64,000 nt of DNA from Trichoplax adhaerens (taxonomy: Eukaryota > Animalia > Placozoa). The stretch is taken from NCBI RefSeq assembly GCF_000150275.1, contig NW_002060963.1, positions 715,262 to 779,261 on the forward strand, read 5' to 3'. The notes below the pieces were generated by a model. That model ran no database searches, was not told where the DNA came from, and was given only the letters and a program-made list of their open reading frames with translations. The stretch's first letter is position 1; each line of letters starts with the position of its first letter. Positions 1-14,610 of this stretch are shown in pieces. The position numbers were made by a program, and so were the translations under genes.

Positions 1-1590
1 ACCACTCTATCTTTAAGGATAAACAGTAGAATAAAGATGTGAAAAGATTTTAAACAGCGAGACTATAATTTAATTAGTATAGTATAAAAGGGTGCATAGC
101 TTATTGATGACTATGCGTATAAACTGACGACTTGTAAATCGTATACAGGGCAGAGCAATTGGTGTCCTTATTCCGCCATAATAAAAGGTGGCGGCGTACC
201 GATCCTTCAAGCGATTCGTCACCAAAGACTATATACAGGAGGGAGGATTAAATCTATTTAACTGTCAGGAAATGATTGATAAGTATAAAATGATTTACTG
301 TAGGGATATTCTTTGTCATCGGGTTTAAGCAGTAACTTGGTCATCGAATGGTGATGGGCATCCACAATGATCGATAATATTCATTTGAATTTTGGATTGC
401 AAAGTGTAAAATTCCCCCTAACCGACATGGCTTCAATCTTGATAAGTTAAAACAAGGCATCAGTAAATTGTAAATATCGAGTTGTTGTTCTTGATGCTTT
501 TTTAATGTTTTGAATAGCGAGCCAATCCATGATCAACGTAATACTAGCCTAATGACAAATTGGAGTGATTAATACATGCTACGTATTCAAGACTGTTGGA
601 TGAATTGGACAAATTGGATGATCAATCATTGTGCCGGTTTATCGAATTCTCCTGTAGTTTATTGATCAAGTAGAAAAAAAGATTGAAAGCCAGCTGCGTT
701 GTGCCTTTGACCAGTGCTTCCTGGAGCGTAGCAAAATTGATATTGACCAATTTCATCGCCATTTTTTAGTCTCTCTCAGCTGTTTGGAAAAGTCAATGGA
801 GAATCGTAAGAATGGAGGAGTGTAGTGTAACTTAGTATTGTGATTGTAGACTGTTAGCCATGTTTAGTATAATGTTGGGTAGATATTTATCCTAAGAGAT
901 ATTTGGTAGCCATAACTATAGACTGTATTGCTATAGACTCTATGCTAGAGTACAGATGACTAAATACAGTAAGGCGTTGAGTTACTAATAAGGTTATCGG
1001 TAAACATAGAACTGTAAATCATATATTAGGATATGGTTAATGCATTGTACTGTACTTTGGCTGGTGTGAATAATGTCTACATAAATACTGTAGTCGTATC
1101 CATATCGGATTAATGATGGTCCGCAGTAGAATTGTGTTACTAAGAACAATTTACTATGTGTAAAATAAGGTAAAAGGTTGCCATGCGGATTGTAGCTGCG
1201 AATGCTACGAAAAGTATAAAAGCATGCAACTTTAGATTATTCTATTAGTTGGTTGTAGAAATCTTCAGTAGTAGTATTCGGCTAGAGTAGAGCTGTGTGT
1301 AGTTAATCTGAAGATTCAATAAAGCCCTTATTTTTCTAAAATTTGGAATTTGGTGATTGGTATCTATCACAAGGAGGCTACGAATGAAAAGTCCATCCTT
1401 TAACAAGTTAATTTTCCTAAATGGACTCGAAATATGCGTTAGCAAATTAAAGATAGCACTCTCTCTGCCTAATGTCATTGCAATTATAGCAGAATCACTA
1501 TCAACCGTAGAATAAAAGTGCTAGTAATACTCCCTATCAATACTGTTTTGATATCCATTCTTGACAGTAAAAAATACCATTTGGAAGAGA

Positions 1591-1728
1591 AGGATTGAGT
1601 TATGTGCGCTGATCAAAGCAATTCTCGACCATTAGACAAGCAGGATAGCGTTATCTGGAAGGGCAAATGTAATTCTCGACCATTCGACAAGCAGGATTGA
1701 GTTATCTGCGCTGGCAAATGCAATTGCC
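1591..1728. repeat. ~51-bp tandem repeat, about 2.7 diverged copies
   Basis: AGGAT..GTTATxTG...AATTCTCGACCATTxGACAAGC recurs at 1591, 1642 and 1693. Confidence 0.8.
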
Positions 1729-3803
1729 AACGCATGGAACCAGAAGGTTAAAGTGATCCAACAGCAAGGGGGAAGGGTAAGCTGCATGCCACCATGTTGA
1801 ATGGCCAGGCGTGTGTCCAGAATACTACAGTATGTAAACAAATGGTCAAGTGTAGAGCATAGCATACAGTCAAGTGAGCACTTGTAGCTGGACTAGAATG
1901 CTGACTTGAGTATGAATCAGCAGAGGGGCCATGGCCTAGGGCGATTGACACGCCTACCCCGGCTCGCCACTCTGACCCATGACATGGGCAAGCCATCCCC
2001 TGGTCGACCGTCTAAGTAGGGTGTCTGGTATGGGTGATAGTAATGTATAGCTTAGTAAGAGAAGATGGACAGTCGGTGGAATAGTATGACATTGGTCTTA
2101 ACCTCTTCACCCATATATATAGTTTTCTCTTTCACCCCTGTCACTCGATCCGATGGTACCGTAGGGTAGAAGACGCAACACCCTTTGCCTCCATCTTGCA
2201 GTCCAATTGATTTTGGCCTTTCTAATTCTTAATTTGGCTTTTTCTCTTTCACGTTATTCACCTTGTATTCCCACTTGATCCAAGCCATTACACTGGATTT
2301 ATCTTCAGTGCTATTACACCTTGGTTGATCGCATTGTTGGTCCTATTTATTGGTAAGTGATTGCTTGGATAGAATCGATGGACAACATTTCCCATGCAAT
2401 GCTTTGCAAACTGTTAAAAAACGAGCTATGCCATTTTTCATTTTTTCCATTTCATCGACGATGACTATGCACAAATCGATGGAAAATTTACCTCCTTTCC
2501 CTTTTGTCTAATCAGTTCCAATCGATCAGAGTAACGTAGAGCATGCAGCGATGATGTTGAACAATCGATCAGTCTTGATTTGTTGTTTGTGATAAGGTAA
2601 TTACGGCAATTAGCGTTCATGTCATGACAAGCACAATTTTTTTCATTTCTTCCATTTCTTGTCCATTCCTGCTGTTTGACTTTCAATTCATACAGTAGAA
2701 ATCAATCGGATACCTACCGAGAAGGACTGATATGATAGGATATAGCCGATAGGATGGATCATGCGTTATCACATCCTAGACGATATTAGTTTTTCCACTA
2801 AATGTGTCGACACTCGCTGAATCGACGCTCACATCATCATTTTGATTTATTCACCGATTACGTTCACTTTCTTTCTCACTCTGTTTGCCTATCCATTCTA
2901 GCATTTGAATACACCTGCCAATGGATTGGTTAACTAGCGCTACACAAGATGACAGATACCAGTTGTAATGCTTAAATGCATCATTGCCATCAATGTTGTC
3001 TACAAGAAGGCAGAAAAAAACACCATTTGTTGATCAGGAGCGCATTTCATTTCATTCTATCTTAAAGTAATGCATGCATTAATCCCATCCACCATCATCA
3101 TCACCGACTTTGCTATTTTAACTCTACTACTTCAATGCTGATGATGATTTACAGAGTATTGTGGTGATTACAGTTGAAAAGGCTTAGTTTACTGTAGGCT
3201 GTTGGAGTAGAATCCAAAATAAATTGTCCAGCATTGTATTGAGGAAGGATTGTTTAATCAATTGAAAGGACATCCAATTACCCTTTTGTACAAAACAAAT
3301 CTTTTCCTTAACAAATCGGCATGGCGTAGCAAATAGATAGAAAGAATACAGTAAAACCAACATGAGATCAATCCAAGGGATTACTTGAACCAAGTGATTA
3401 CTACCAGAAATGGACTATTGGAATGATGAACCGGAAGCGATTTTCAACACACAACCAGTCTGACCGGCACAAATGCTCAATCAGTCTACTTTTCTCTGTA
3501 GCCGCATTTATTGCCATGATAGACATGTTGATGACTATCGTCTGCAATTCTTGCCTGTCGACATCCAAAGGATAAATTATCATCGGTTATTTTTTCTCAA
3601 TGTCTCCTTTTTTATCCACCGTGATGATTGCTGTTTCTATCTTATTGCACTTGATGTTGTCCTATCAGTCACCAGCTAGTTTGAACTGTGCTAAATGACA
3701 TTAATTAAATTGTATTTTTTTTTTTCATGACCATTTTATTGATTTATTTCTTTCTTTCTTTCTTTCTAGAAAATCCAATATCGGTGTAGTGTCGATAGCA
3801 ATC

Positions 3804-6800
3804 ATGCCGCTAGCAACGCGTGGACTGATCGCTCCACAGAATATGTTTTTAGAAGATCTCATTGCTAGATCGAAAAATCTAGGTAAGCCTTCATCGGTAG
3901 ACATGTTTTTCTTCAACATGGCAGACATCCATCACTATTTTCTGTTGACATAGTGGTCGAGAAGAAAGGAATACACAACTGCAGTACTTGCATTATTATG
4001 ATGATGAGAACATCAACACTGCAGTACTTCCATTCATTATTATTCTCATCATCATGATGAGAACATCAATTTGATTGCTGTCCTTGATGGAGGCTTGCAG
4101 TGGATGAACAATTTCTATTTACAACATGCCTAAAAAAAAAAATGGGTTGTACTTGTAGCGTCTAGGACATTCACTACCTTGACTTTAGATTGAACATTAG
4201 TTTTGATCAAAATACAGCCATTGTCGTTTCTTCTTTGTTCAATCTTCCACTTGCAGATGGAATAAATGGATGAAGAAGAATGGCTGTTGAAATCAATCAC
4301 AACAAGGAGAAGCTATTGCTTTCTTTTGCTTAGTCCCTACTTGATCTCGTCGCTTAATCCAATCCATCGCCGTATGGTAATATTGCAACCCAAGCTTTTG
4401 CAATCGATCCTATTGATAATAAGGATTCTACACAAGAGCTACTTTTAAAATGAAATAATCCAATCATCATCAACTTGATTCTGTTGTTGACGATAGCATT
4501 CTTTCAAATATCCCAAAGACATGATCATTTCTTTCACAATCAACTCTTAATTGTGGTTACCCACATTTTATGTTTCTTTCTGTATACCATGTTGATCGAC
4601 AATCGATTGGACTTGCATTCTCAGCTGAATAGAGTACAATTCCCTGTCTATTCCATAGACCATCTTCTCCACCAACAACAAACTGATGGCAACAATTCTT
4701 CTTTCCCTTTATATCATTGCCAAGAGAAATTTTGCCCACTTTAGTCAGAATCTTGCCAAATCTTTCTAGCCGCTGACATCGACTCTACGAGTACTGCGGT
4801 CAACTTGTTCCTTCTTTCAAACACCAACATTGCTTACCGCCGCCATCACTGGATGGCGGCGGTAAGGTTACATGTTGGACTGAAAATTGGTATATGTAGG
4901 AAAGATGGACAATTTATCATTAGTAGGATAGGTTAATGGATTATTTAGGCAGAGGATTCCCATATTTTTGGTTTTTCCCCCTCTCCCCCGTTCAGTTTAT
5001 TTAATTTTTTTTTTTAATTCATTTTCATGTAGACATCGTCTATCAACAATAGACAATCGTTGGAAATAATATTCTCTCTAGCTCGACTAAAAAAATAATG
5101 AATGCTATCCACCCTATGAGCCAATTCTAGCTTTTGAAATTTATTTACTCTTGTGATAGTACTGATGTATCCTTTCATGTTTACATATTTCCATTAACCA
5201 ACTGTTCAATTACATTATCAACGCTTGTAGAAAGCAGCAGATTTGTATCATGACTGAGAAAGAAAAGACACTTTCTCCTTGAAACAACGCTAAATTGGAT
5301 CTAAAAATACATTGATTCGACCGCAGTTCGGACAACAATTTATTCTTTCATCCCCCATCTTAATACGATTATCCATTCTATTTGCATACTTTTATTAACC
5401 TTAATAGCGCAATGAATAACATGATTAGCTATATTGAATTCAATCTTTTGTACTTTTTCTCTACCTTGCTACAGTATTTCATCATCTATCCATGGCGTCC
5501 TGTCCATTTTCAACAATAATGATGAATTGATCAGAGAGATTTTATACTACTTTACCCAATAGTAAAATGGTCAACAAAATGATCACACCAGTTCAACCAT
5601 GCTATACTTTTCTCCCCTTTCTAGTTTGACATTAATCAGCCCTATCACACAATCTCATAGAATGGAAATAGCTAGTACTAATTGGAGAATTGGATAGACC
5701 CTAATTTCCTGCAAACGATAGGACTCTCTATTTTTTCCTTCTACTAACAAGAATACAATCAACATGAAATACTGTAATAGAAATTGAATTTAAAACTATC
5801 AACTAATTGATCCAATGTAATTAAGGCAGCTATGGCAATATGTTGTTTATATTGGTCATGCCTTTACAAAGATGATGGAGAATCATCAACCTGGTATGAC
5901 GGAATACAGTCCAAGCTAATTCCTAATGAATAATTACAATGTGTTGGTTTAATTTAAAGCCGATATATTGTACTATCCAAGCCATTGATAAATAACAACA
6001 TACGGTCCTCAAGCTGATTCCTTCGATCCTTCTTTCATTGGGCGTATGTTTCATTGTTAGCTTGGTCTTCCAAAAATTTCCCTTCCTTGTAATCCAAAAT
6101 GCAGTACATTACTTGCATAGGTCAATAATAAACGGATTGGATCCTGCTTTAGCAGATATGATGACTTTAATCTACTGGAATAAATGCCATTTGCGTTCAT
6201 GGCGACTTATTAAAAGTGTCTAATCTTGTCTAATTCGATCCATTGAACAATCCATTCTACAATTGATCAATAGTTTGCAGTGTATCAATTTATTTTAAAA
6301 TCAACAATTACAATCCATGACTGAGTATAGTAAAATGGAGAAGAAAGCTGGAAAGTGGATCAATAAAATAAATCCTGTCTAGTCGACAAACATATACTCT
6401 ACTAACAGTTTGTACATTGAATCTTGTAAAACCTACTGTACCCTGTCTAACCTGAAAAAGAGACTGTATAGGCTAGCTCAAAGTTTTCGTCCACATTTCC
6501 GTAATATCCCTAGAAAGGAATTTTCAAATACGATCATCTCGGCATGACAACAACTCCATCATGGCGGTGATAATTATTAATGATCGATGGTGGGACACAA
6601 GGGGAGACGTATGAAAAGTAAATCAGCCATGCACGCTAAACAATTTCTGTTCCGCCAGACCCAATACTGTCATAGAGAGTTTCTATTCCTTGTCATGGGT
6701 ATTTTTACTAAAATCATAATCATATCAACAGCTATCCATACTACAAAATCATGAAAATCTCACGGTTATCAACAACAATTATTCCTCCATTGCCAATTGG

Positions 6801-9800
6801 TGATCGTAGTTGACGATTTCATTTATCGTCAACGCTTCCTTATATATATATATCAGTATTCTTGATTTCAATAATGGATGATCTAGAATGATAAAACGAT
6901 CGCTACGGTGATGAGAATTTAAAAGTATACCAACAGTGCAACTTAATGTGCTGCCTTTTATACGGTATACTACAGTGGCAGACCATTGAATTGTTTACAT
7001 TGACTTCTCTCATAAACGCCATGATACTTTAAGGATAAAATGATATGATAGTGTAGAAGTGGGAAAGACTTTGAATCTATTTACTACATCGATTAGAGAA
7101 ATTGTTCTGTAGGTCGTGAGACTGGGTACAATTGAACCAATGTCTGATGCCAAATCCAATCTCCACAATAATGATAGAACGCAGTATAGAACTAGGAAAG
7201 ACTTTGAATTTATTACTACATCGATTAGAGAAATTGTTCTGTAGGTCGTGAGACTGGGTACAATTAAACCAATGTCTGATGCCAAATCCAATCTTCAAAA
7301 TAATGATAAAACGCTCTATAAAGCTGCAAAAGACTTTGAATCTATTTGCTAACATTCGACTAGAGAAATTGTTCTGTAGCTCGTGTGACCCAGCACAATT
7401 AAACCAATAAATAAAATTGAATTGGATAGATTTTCTTGTTGTCCATACCTTTTCCTATTCTACTAATTTACCTGTATATATATAATATGTAGAATACAGG
7501 TGCATTATTCATTGAACTCATTGCAATAAGAAAAAAAAATAGCGACAGGATACATTAGGGAAATACCTTGAAAGGATTATTGATATTATTGTACTATCCC
7601 TTCTGTATTTGTAGACAATTTTTACAATAGTTTAATAGCGCTTGTTTGTACCAATCATTTGGCAATATCCATGAATAAGGACAGTAGGACTATGTCGGAC
7701 ACATTGACAATTATATTCAACTGTTATATGGACGCATTTAACATATGCTTATACATGTATCTCCCCCGAAATGTATCTTGTCGCATATAGAAGCGTAGTG
7801 TGAGAGACTTGATGTTTATTCTGTGGCTTTTCTTCCATTACAGCTTTGAATAAGTTTGTTGGATAACGATGGGGTACAGTAGAATCATGAAAGATCTGAA
7901 ATACTAATATTATGCATACAATAATCTATTTGTAAATAGAACATTATTGTGCCTTTTACTGAGATCCTAGCTTGACTCTTCAGGATACAGTACTTAGCTC
8001 AGAAAAACGGGCTATCCAAGTCGATATCAAATAGAGGCGAACAATTCTACAGTAATTGGAGTCAAGTTAGACGCATTGGATAAACTCGCCCTTAAATGCA
8101 GCTCTATTTTATGGGTTTCTGTAGACACAATCAATCTAGTTTATTCCATGTTAAAATGATGCAGATAAGATATCAGTTTAGATATGCAAGCTTTTCTCTG
8201 GAGTAAGCATTTCAAAATGGGAAAAGAAGTACCTATATAGTTACAGTCCATTTCTTCTATATAAATTGGGAATGAAATAAAATAACCATGTTGGTGTATC
8301 TTGATGATTAATTAATCAACTTGACATTATGATATTATGGATTAATTGTTAATCATAATATCTTATCGATCTTGTATTGACAGTTGATTTCTTCTACATA
8401 AATTAGGAATGAAATAAAATAAATAAACCATGTTGGTGTATCTTGATGATTAATTAATTAATCAACTTGACATTATGATATTATGGATTAATTATTAATC
8501 ATAATATCTTATCGGTCTTGTATTGAAATAACTCAGAATATATCTGCTATTTAGAATTAATTCAATTGGAATGAAATGACTATTGAATTCGTCTTGAATT
8601 ATCAATTACATTCTGTAGACTTTAAAATCCAATAACTTATAAATACTTTAACTTATGTATAAGTAAATCATTATTCATTAGTACCCTAACAGATTTTATT
8701 AGCTAGTCAACAAAGTTATTCCTTTATTAGCCAATCTCAATAATAAATTATTTCCTTTCGTTCTAAACATTGTACCTTACTTCTGCAGGCGATGGCCTAT
8801 AATAAAAATATCTCCTGAGATACTAATAGCATCAATATCAGTTATACAAGCTATACTCGAACTCTTATTACAAGAAAATCTGATCAATATTTAATCACAG
8901 CATCTCCACCCTTTATTTCCAAATTATAGAGAATTGCTTCGTTTTGGCTAATGCTAAGCAAGAAGATAACCCTATTGTCTACTGTAGCGATGGCTATTGC
9001 TGTCTAACTGGCTATCAACGCCATGAAGTCTTACATAAGGCCGCCGACTACGAGCATTTGTATGGAGAAGAAACTGATCGTAAAAGTGTATCAAAATTGA
9101 AATCTGCTTTTGCATTAAAGCAAAAAATACAACATGAATTAACTCTTTATAAGAAAGATGGTTAGTTAGTTGTATTAAATGTTATTGCTATGCTGCATAA
9201 TACAGCATTTGCTGTCAATATTCTTTATGATGTGAATTTTTACAAAGTTTTACAGCCATAAAACTGTTATAATACACAGTAGTGATTTTCTGTAGGTTAT
9301 TACTGAAAATTTTCACCATTATCATAAGACATTAACCGCTTGTTAGCGTACTGTTACTAATTGCTATTGCTAATGAAGGCTAATTTTATTATAGGAACAC
9401 CATTCATTGCCGCTATACAGATTGCACCTGTGAAGAATGAGGATCAAGAAGTGATTATGTTCCTAATCACTTTACGCGATATTAGTGCTTTAAGGGAAAA
9501 TCAAAATAGAAAGTCAAGACGCTTTTCACTTCTATCCACAACTAATAACTATCACCATTCTCATAGTAGTAATAATATCAGTAATGGCATTGATCGCAAC
9601 TCAGGTAGAACTTACCATAATGTTAAAACAATAACCAGTACATTAAACTAGATAATTTTTTGTTTTTAATCGATATAATATAATTTTACGTTTTTTTGAT
9701 TAATATAAAGTGTGTGTGTGTGTGTCAATAGACATCCGTTCAGCATAGATTTTATTACAATGCGAAACGACAGTATCAAAATTTTTGATCATTTTGTAAA

Positions 9801-12800
9801 ATTGATACTTTCCTTAATTGTCTCTGTACCAATTTTCAGATGCAGAAGCTGATGGAAATGCAATATTCTTTCGTCAACCCTTTTCAAGAAGAAGAAATTT
9901 TGAGTTAACGCCAACCAGCCATGCTATTCGAAGACACGAAATTGCTCATGTGAGTTCATTGTGATGAATAGAATTAAGGTTCTACCATCTTTTGTCATTA
10001 GCATGGTAGATTTTATCAAAAGCTTGCTTATACATAAACTGATGACTAAGGAAAATCACTAAAGAACTGTGGTGGTCTTTGCTAATTTAATTGGCTATGA
10101 TGTAGGCTGAAGTGAAAAAAAACGATATTAAATAGTTCAAGTAATTGACTACTTTTGTAATACGCCTATGTCATTGTTTGCTTGACAACACCAGAGTATA
10201 TACTACCTGAAACTAACCATGTTGCTGAATTTGATGTACATGTCTAGTAATTTAAAGCAATTGATACATTACAACACAGTTTGAAATGTTACATAGTTAT
10301 AGCCCTATGTAAACGCTTTTGGTAACAACTATTTTAACTTGGTTCCATGTTAGTTGACAAATATGGATACCGAATTGCCGGATTATAAAGAAGAAACTCC
10401 TCGATCACCGACAGGAATTATTCTTCATTACAGCACCACCAAAGTTATATGGGATTGGGTTATACTATTTTTTACCTTCTATACGGCAATATTTGTACCC
10501 TTTGAATTGGCATTCAATCGTGACTACAGAAAAGAAATTGGATTCCTGATCATGGATTGTATCGTGGACGTTATCTTTCTGTCTGATGTTGTTATCAATT
10601 TTCGTACAACTTATGTTGACGGCACGGGTCATATTGTTTCTCATCCGCCTTTAATAGTGAGAAATTATATTACCGGCTGGTTTGTGATCGATTTATTAGC
10701 AGCTTTGCCATATGAAATATTTACACTTGGTGATGTAAGTACTTTAATTGGGTTTTATTCTTTTAAATGTAAGAAATAAATCTGTATTCGATTAATTAGC
10801 CCTGCTATTTTATGCGTGTACTGTAGCTAGGAGATTATAATGCGAGTAGTTACTTAGTGTGTGACAGCCCTATGTTGCCTTTTAATGATGATAATCTAAT
10901 CTAAATATTGCCATATTATCTAGAGCGCATACCGAGTTGGTAATATCTTCAAGGTCTTGCGTTTACTTCGATTAAGTAGATTCATTAGGAAGTTCAATGA
11001 ATATGTTGAATACGGAGCGACTATGATCGTTTTATTGATGTTTACCTATGTGCTTGTTGCACACTGGCTAGCATGCATATGGTATAGGATTGGTTTCGAC
11101 GAATGTACTACCTTTGGCTGGTTACATTCATTAGCGGAGCAGAGTGGCATAACTGCCAAAGTAAATTACACCAGCTGTCAACAAATCAGCGTTGCATCAG
11201 CATATTCAACCTCGTTATATTTTACAATGAGCAGTTTAACTACGGTTGGATTTGGTAATGTTTCAGCAAATACTATTGGCGAAAAAATATTCTCTATTAT
11301 TATTATGATTATAGGATGTAAGTCAATAGCTCCAAAAGTCTTACAATTATTTAACAATAAGTGTAAATTCACTTAGTACTTTGATATACCCATATAGTTA
11401 CTGCTGTTTTACATAGGTAATTCTTGATATGAGATAAAACGGGCTTTTAACCATTGCAATAACTTGATCAGTAGTCCTCACTCGGATACATACAAGCATT
11501 ATAATACTATCATTATTTATCGGCCTACTTTAGCTTAATAAAACTTTCTTACTTATTTTTAGCGCTCATGTCTGCATTCATATTTGGTAATGTTACTGCA
11601 ATCCTGCAAGAACTTTATTCAAGCACTCAACGCTATCACGCTATCCTAAAGGATATGAAGCGATTTAATCAAGTATATAGTCTTCCTAAAGATTTAAGAA
11701 GGCGAGTTGAAGACTATTTTATCTCATCCTGGGCTGCTACAAAGGGTATTGATACGAAAGAGGTAAAACAAGTTTAAATAAAGATTTTTACTGCTATAGG
11801 GCTAAAGGAGCTTAATATGCTAAAATAGATTTTGATCATGATTGAAACGCTATAAAAGCTATTAAGAATCCCCAAAATCATGTTAAATGATAATTTTATT
11901 ATAAAATGTTCTTTGTTAGATTCTTAAATATTGGCCGAAAGAAATTCAGGCGGAAATTAAAATGCACATGAACAGAAAAATCCTACGAGATGCTACATGT
12001 TTTTCCAATGCTAGTGAAGGGTGCCTAAGACAGATGGCTGAACGTTTCGAGATGCAGCATACCGGCCCTGGAGATATTTTGATTCATTCAGGTCAAAGTT
12101 TAAATCATCTTTATTTTATTGCCTGCGGCTCTTTCGAAGTTTACTCAGCAGATGTTGGAGTAACTTGCATATTAAGTAAGTAATAAGGCAAATAGATACA
12201 TAGTGGCGTGTTTATTGTAAAATATTACAGTAGAAAGTAGTCGTATTGATATCTGTTAAGGAAGGTGCTTAGTATGTTACATTTATTGTTGGTCTATGTC
12301 ATGATATATTTTAATTTGACATTCGTATCAATACTCAGCCAAGGGGGATGTCTTTGGAGATGACTTTATTAAGAATAAAGGGCTTGGAAGATCGCATTCC
12401 ATGGTTCGCGCATTAACGTACTGTGATCTGCACACTATATCACGTATCCATTTACTAGAAGTTGCTGGCCTATATCCAGAATGGGCGCCTGTATTTTCAG
12501 AGAATCTTAACCTTACCTGCAGCCTAAGAGATTCAGGCGTAAGATAAACATTCGAAATTATTCAATGATTTTACACTTAAAACTTGTTATTCTTGTGTAC
12601 CAAAGCTAATAAATTTTATTTTTTCGCCTACGTATGCAATGTATAGAGTTACGAAAATCCAGACATAAGACTGTCAATATCAAACGAAAATTTTCATCCT
12701 AATCAGATGGTTAACATTCAAGAATTGTATAGAAGAAACGATTTGGAAGTTAACCAAACATCTCAAAGCAGCCGTAGAGGGAGTGCTCTGCTTCATCCCT

Positions 12801-13252
12801 CATTTTCAACCTCAGAAGTATTTAATGGTAGGCACGCAGGATTGCTACAACGCCGTCGGAGTTCACAGCCTGTTTTAAGTACCTTCGATGAGACAAGTAT
12901 TGGGTCTGGTAGACGAGTAATTGAAGATGATACTGAACGCCGGCGTACTTTAGGAAGTGACTCATGTGTCAACATTCCAACTCATTCTAACAATGTAGAT
13001 AGTGATGACATTTTTAAGCAAGATTCAGGTGTTTTATCCGAGTCAGTAGGTCAATTGATGGAAATGTATAGTGATATGCAGCAAGATGTGTCAAAACTGT
13101 GTAGTAAAATGGCCAAGTTTGAGCATTCCTTGAAAGCTTTAAATCATGAAGTTAAAGGCCGTCCAAAGCTTTATAGGTCGAGGGTAGTAACAGAATCACG
13201 AAATCAAAATTCAATCCGAGAAAGCAATTTATCTTCCGAGACTAGTCTATAA
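3804..13252 (+). CDS. KCNH1: Voltage-gated K+ channel, KCNH family, EAG-like subfamily (PAS-cap/PAS, S1-S6, C-linker, CNBHD); about 888 aa, 10 coding exons
   Basis: Exons 3804-3882 (MPLATRGLIAPQNMFLEDLIARSKNL, PAS-cap, not in the ORF track), 8930-9160, 9395-9604, 9840-9949, 10354-10734, 10924-11317, 11563-11762, 11920-12175, 12339-12538, 12647-13252. All GT-AG and phase-consistent (2667 nt). Motifs: S4 KVLRLLRLSRF, filter SLTTVGFGNV, GDVFGD, VRALTYCDLH. EAG-like segments IILHYSTTKVIWDW, GIDTKEIL, HTGPGDILIH. Probably a co-ortholog of KCNH1/KCNH5. Confidence 0.93.
4824..4878. other. Perfect 15-bp GC-rich inverted repeat (hairpin) in KCNH intron 1
   Basis: CTTACCGCCGCCATC (4833-4847), ACTG loop, GATGGCGGCGGTAAG (4852-4866); outer CCAACAT/ATGTTGG extension. 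Confidence 0.85.
7030..7410. repeat. ~132-bp tandem repeat, about 2.7 copies, intronic
   Basis: AAAGACTTTGAAT...AGAGAAATTGTTCTGTAG anchors at 7064, 7197 and 7329. Confidence 0.9.
8248..8526. repeat. Two-copy ~140-bp tandem duplication, intronic
   Basis: GGAATGAAATAAAATAA..CCATGTTGGTGTATCTTGATGATTAATTAATCAACTTGACATTATG...CTTGTATTGA present twice. Confidence 0.9.
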
Positions 13253-14610
13253 GAGATATTAATGGATAAGCTATGTCCGAATTTTTAGAAGAGAAAATAA
13301 ATTAAGCTGCTTGCATAAGTAGTCATTATTACATATTATTACTGTACAGACATTAGTTCAAATTCAAATTCTATGCCGAATTAGTTATGCTGTGTTTGGA
13401 TACAGATTTTTAAATAATTTTATGAGTTGTCAATTTCTAAGTCGATATCCAAACTATTTCTACTATCGATTACAAACTGTACTATATTGTCATGCCATTT
13501 TTTCCACAGAGAAAGCACCTATTCCCGTATAAATGATACAATGACTGCATTCTCTAGCCTGCTTCATATAGTCATTATGACTTATTGAACTAGATGTATA
13601 AAAAATGAGATTGCTTGCTATGGATTGCTCTAAAATTTTCAACTAGTTATAATATTTTGTATTTCTAGCGTTTATTAGATTTGTTTTAATAGATTCATAA
13701 AGCGTCAATTTACTTATTGATACGAGATTAATTAGCTCCAGAATAAGTTACATACACGAATTGATTATGGCACACCTTATTGGTCGTATAGCGTTTTATT
13801 GGTTAGGTACACTATCGATATCGCTTTACCCACTACTTGGTAGATATGTGTGATGATGTATTTCTAAATAAGATAATCTCGGTACTGTACATGAGTCAAT
13901 ATTTGAGTTACTCCACTACCAAGAATAAGTGATTTAATTGTTCACATCTACTTATTTTGAATTAGCTTTTTATAACTTATTCAATATACTTGTAAATCTG
14001 TAATTTTGTAAATTTATTTCAATAAATATTTTATCCTGGAATATCGGTGATTGGCTATTATACGATGAATTGGATGGTATAATTACCGCATCGTTCATTG
14101 AAGAAAGAGGTTGATATTAAATATCATTTTTAGATCGATTCCTGCAGTCCTTTTTCACTTTTAGTTTTGCATTGTTGAATCGATATACGAGTATCCTATT
14201 GGCATAAGAGCATTGGACGTAAGTATTGACGTATAGCAATACCATGACCATGGAAAATAATTCCTTTCTAAATGAGTGAATTTGCAATGAAGTTGAAGTT
14301 AAAAAATTGAATGAAAGCCGTTATTAGACAGTCAATTCTTCAATTGCTTTTTTGCCCAACTTTGGCGTGTAAAATTTCTTCCTAGTGCATGCAGTCCAGT
14401 CCAATGGCTGATGCATTGATACGCATAGTTAGGGAGACCTTTCGCTTTCATTTGATAGCTGTGGACAATTGTAACGCCTAAACGTCAATATGCTAGTCCA
14501 CTTAGGTCTAGCGCCGCCATATTACTTGTATCGATCGTCAGCAACGTTATAACAACTAGATGATATGGCCTATGGCGCGTTCTCCTTGCTACCTAGAGTG
14601 TAGGCTAGCT

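Noticed and set aside
1-1500. Possible minus-strand gene starting near 762 (MAMKLV...)
   Set aside because: The frame closes after ~34 codons, with no convincing splice chain or homology.
7010-7355. Two overlapping minus-strand ORFs with internal repeats
   Set aside because: Artefact of the 132-bp intronic repeat.
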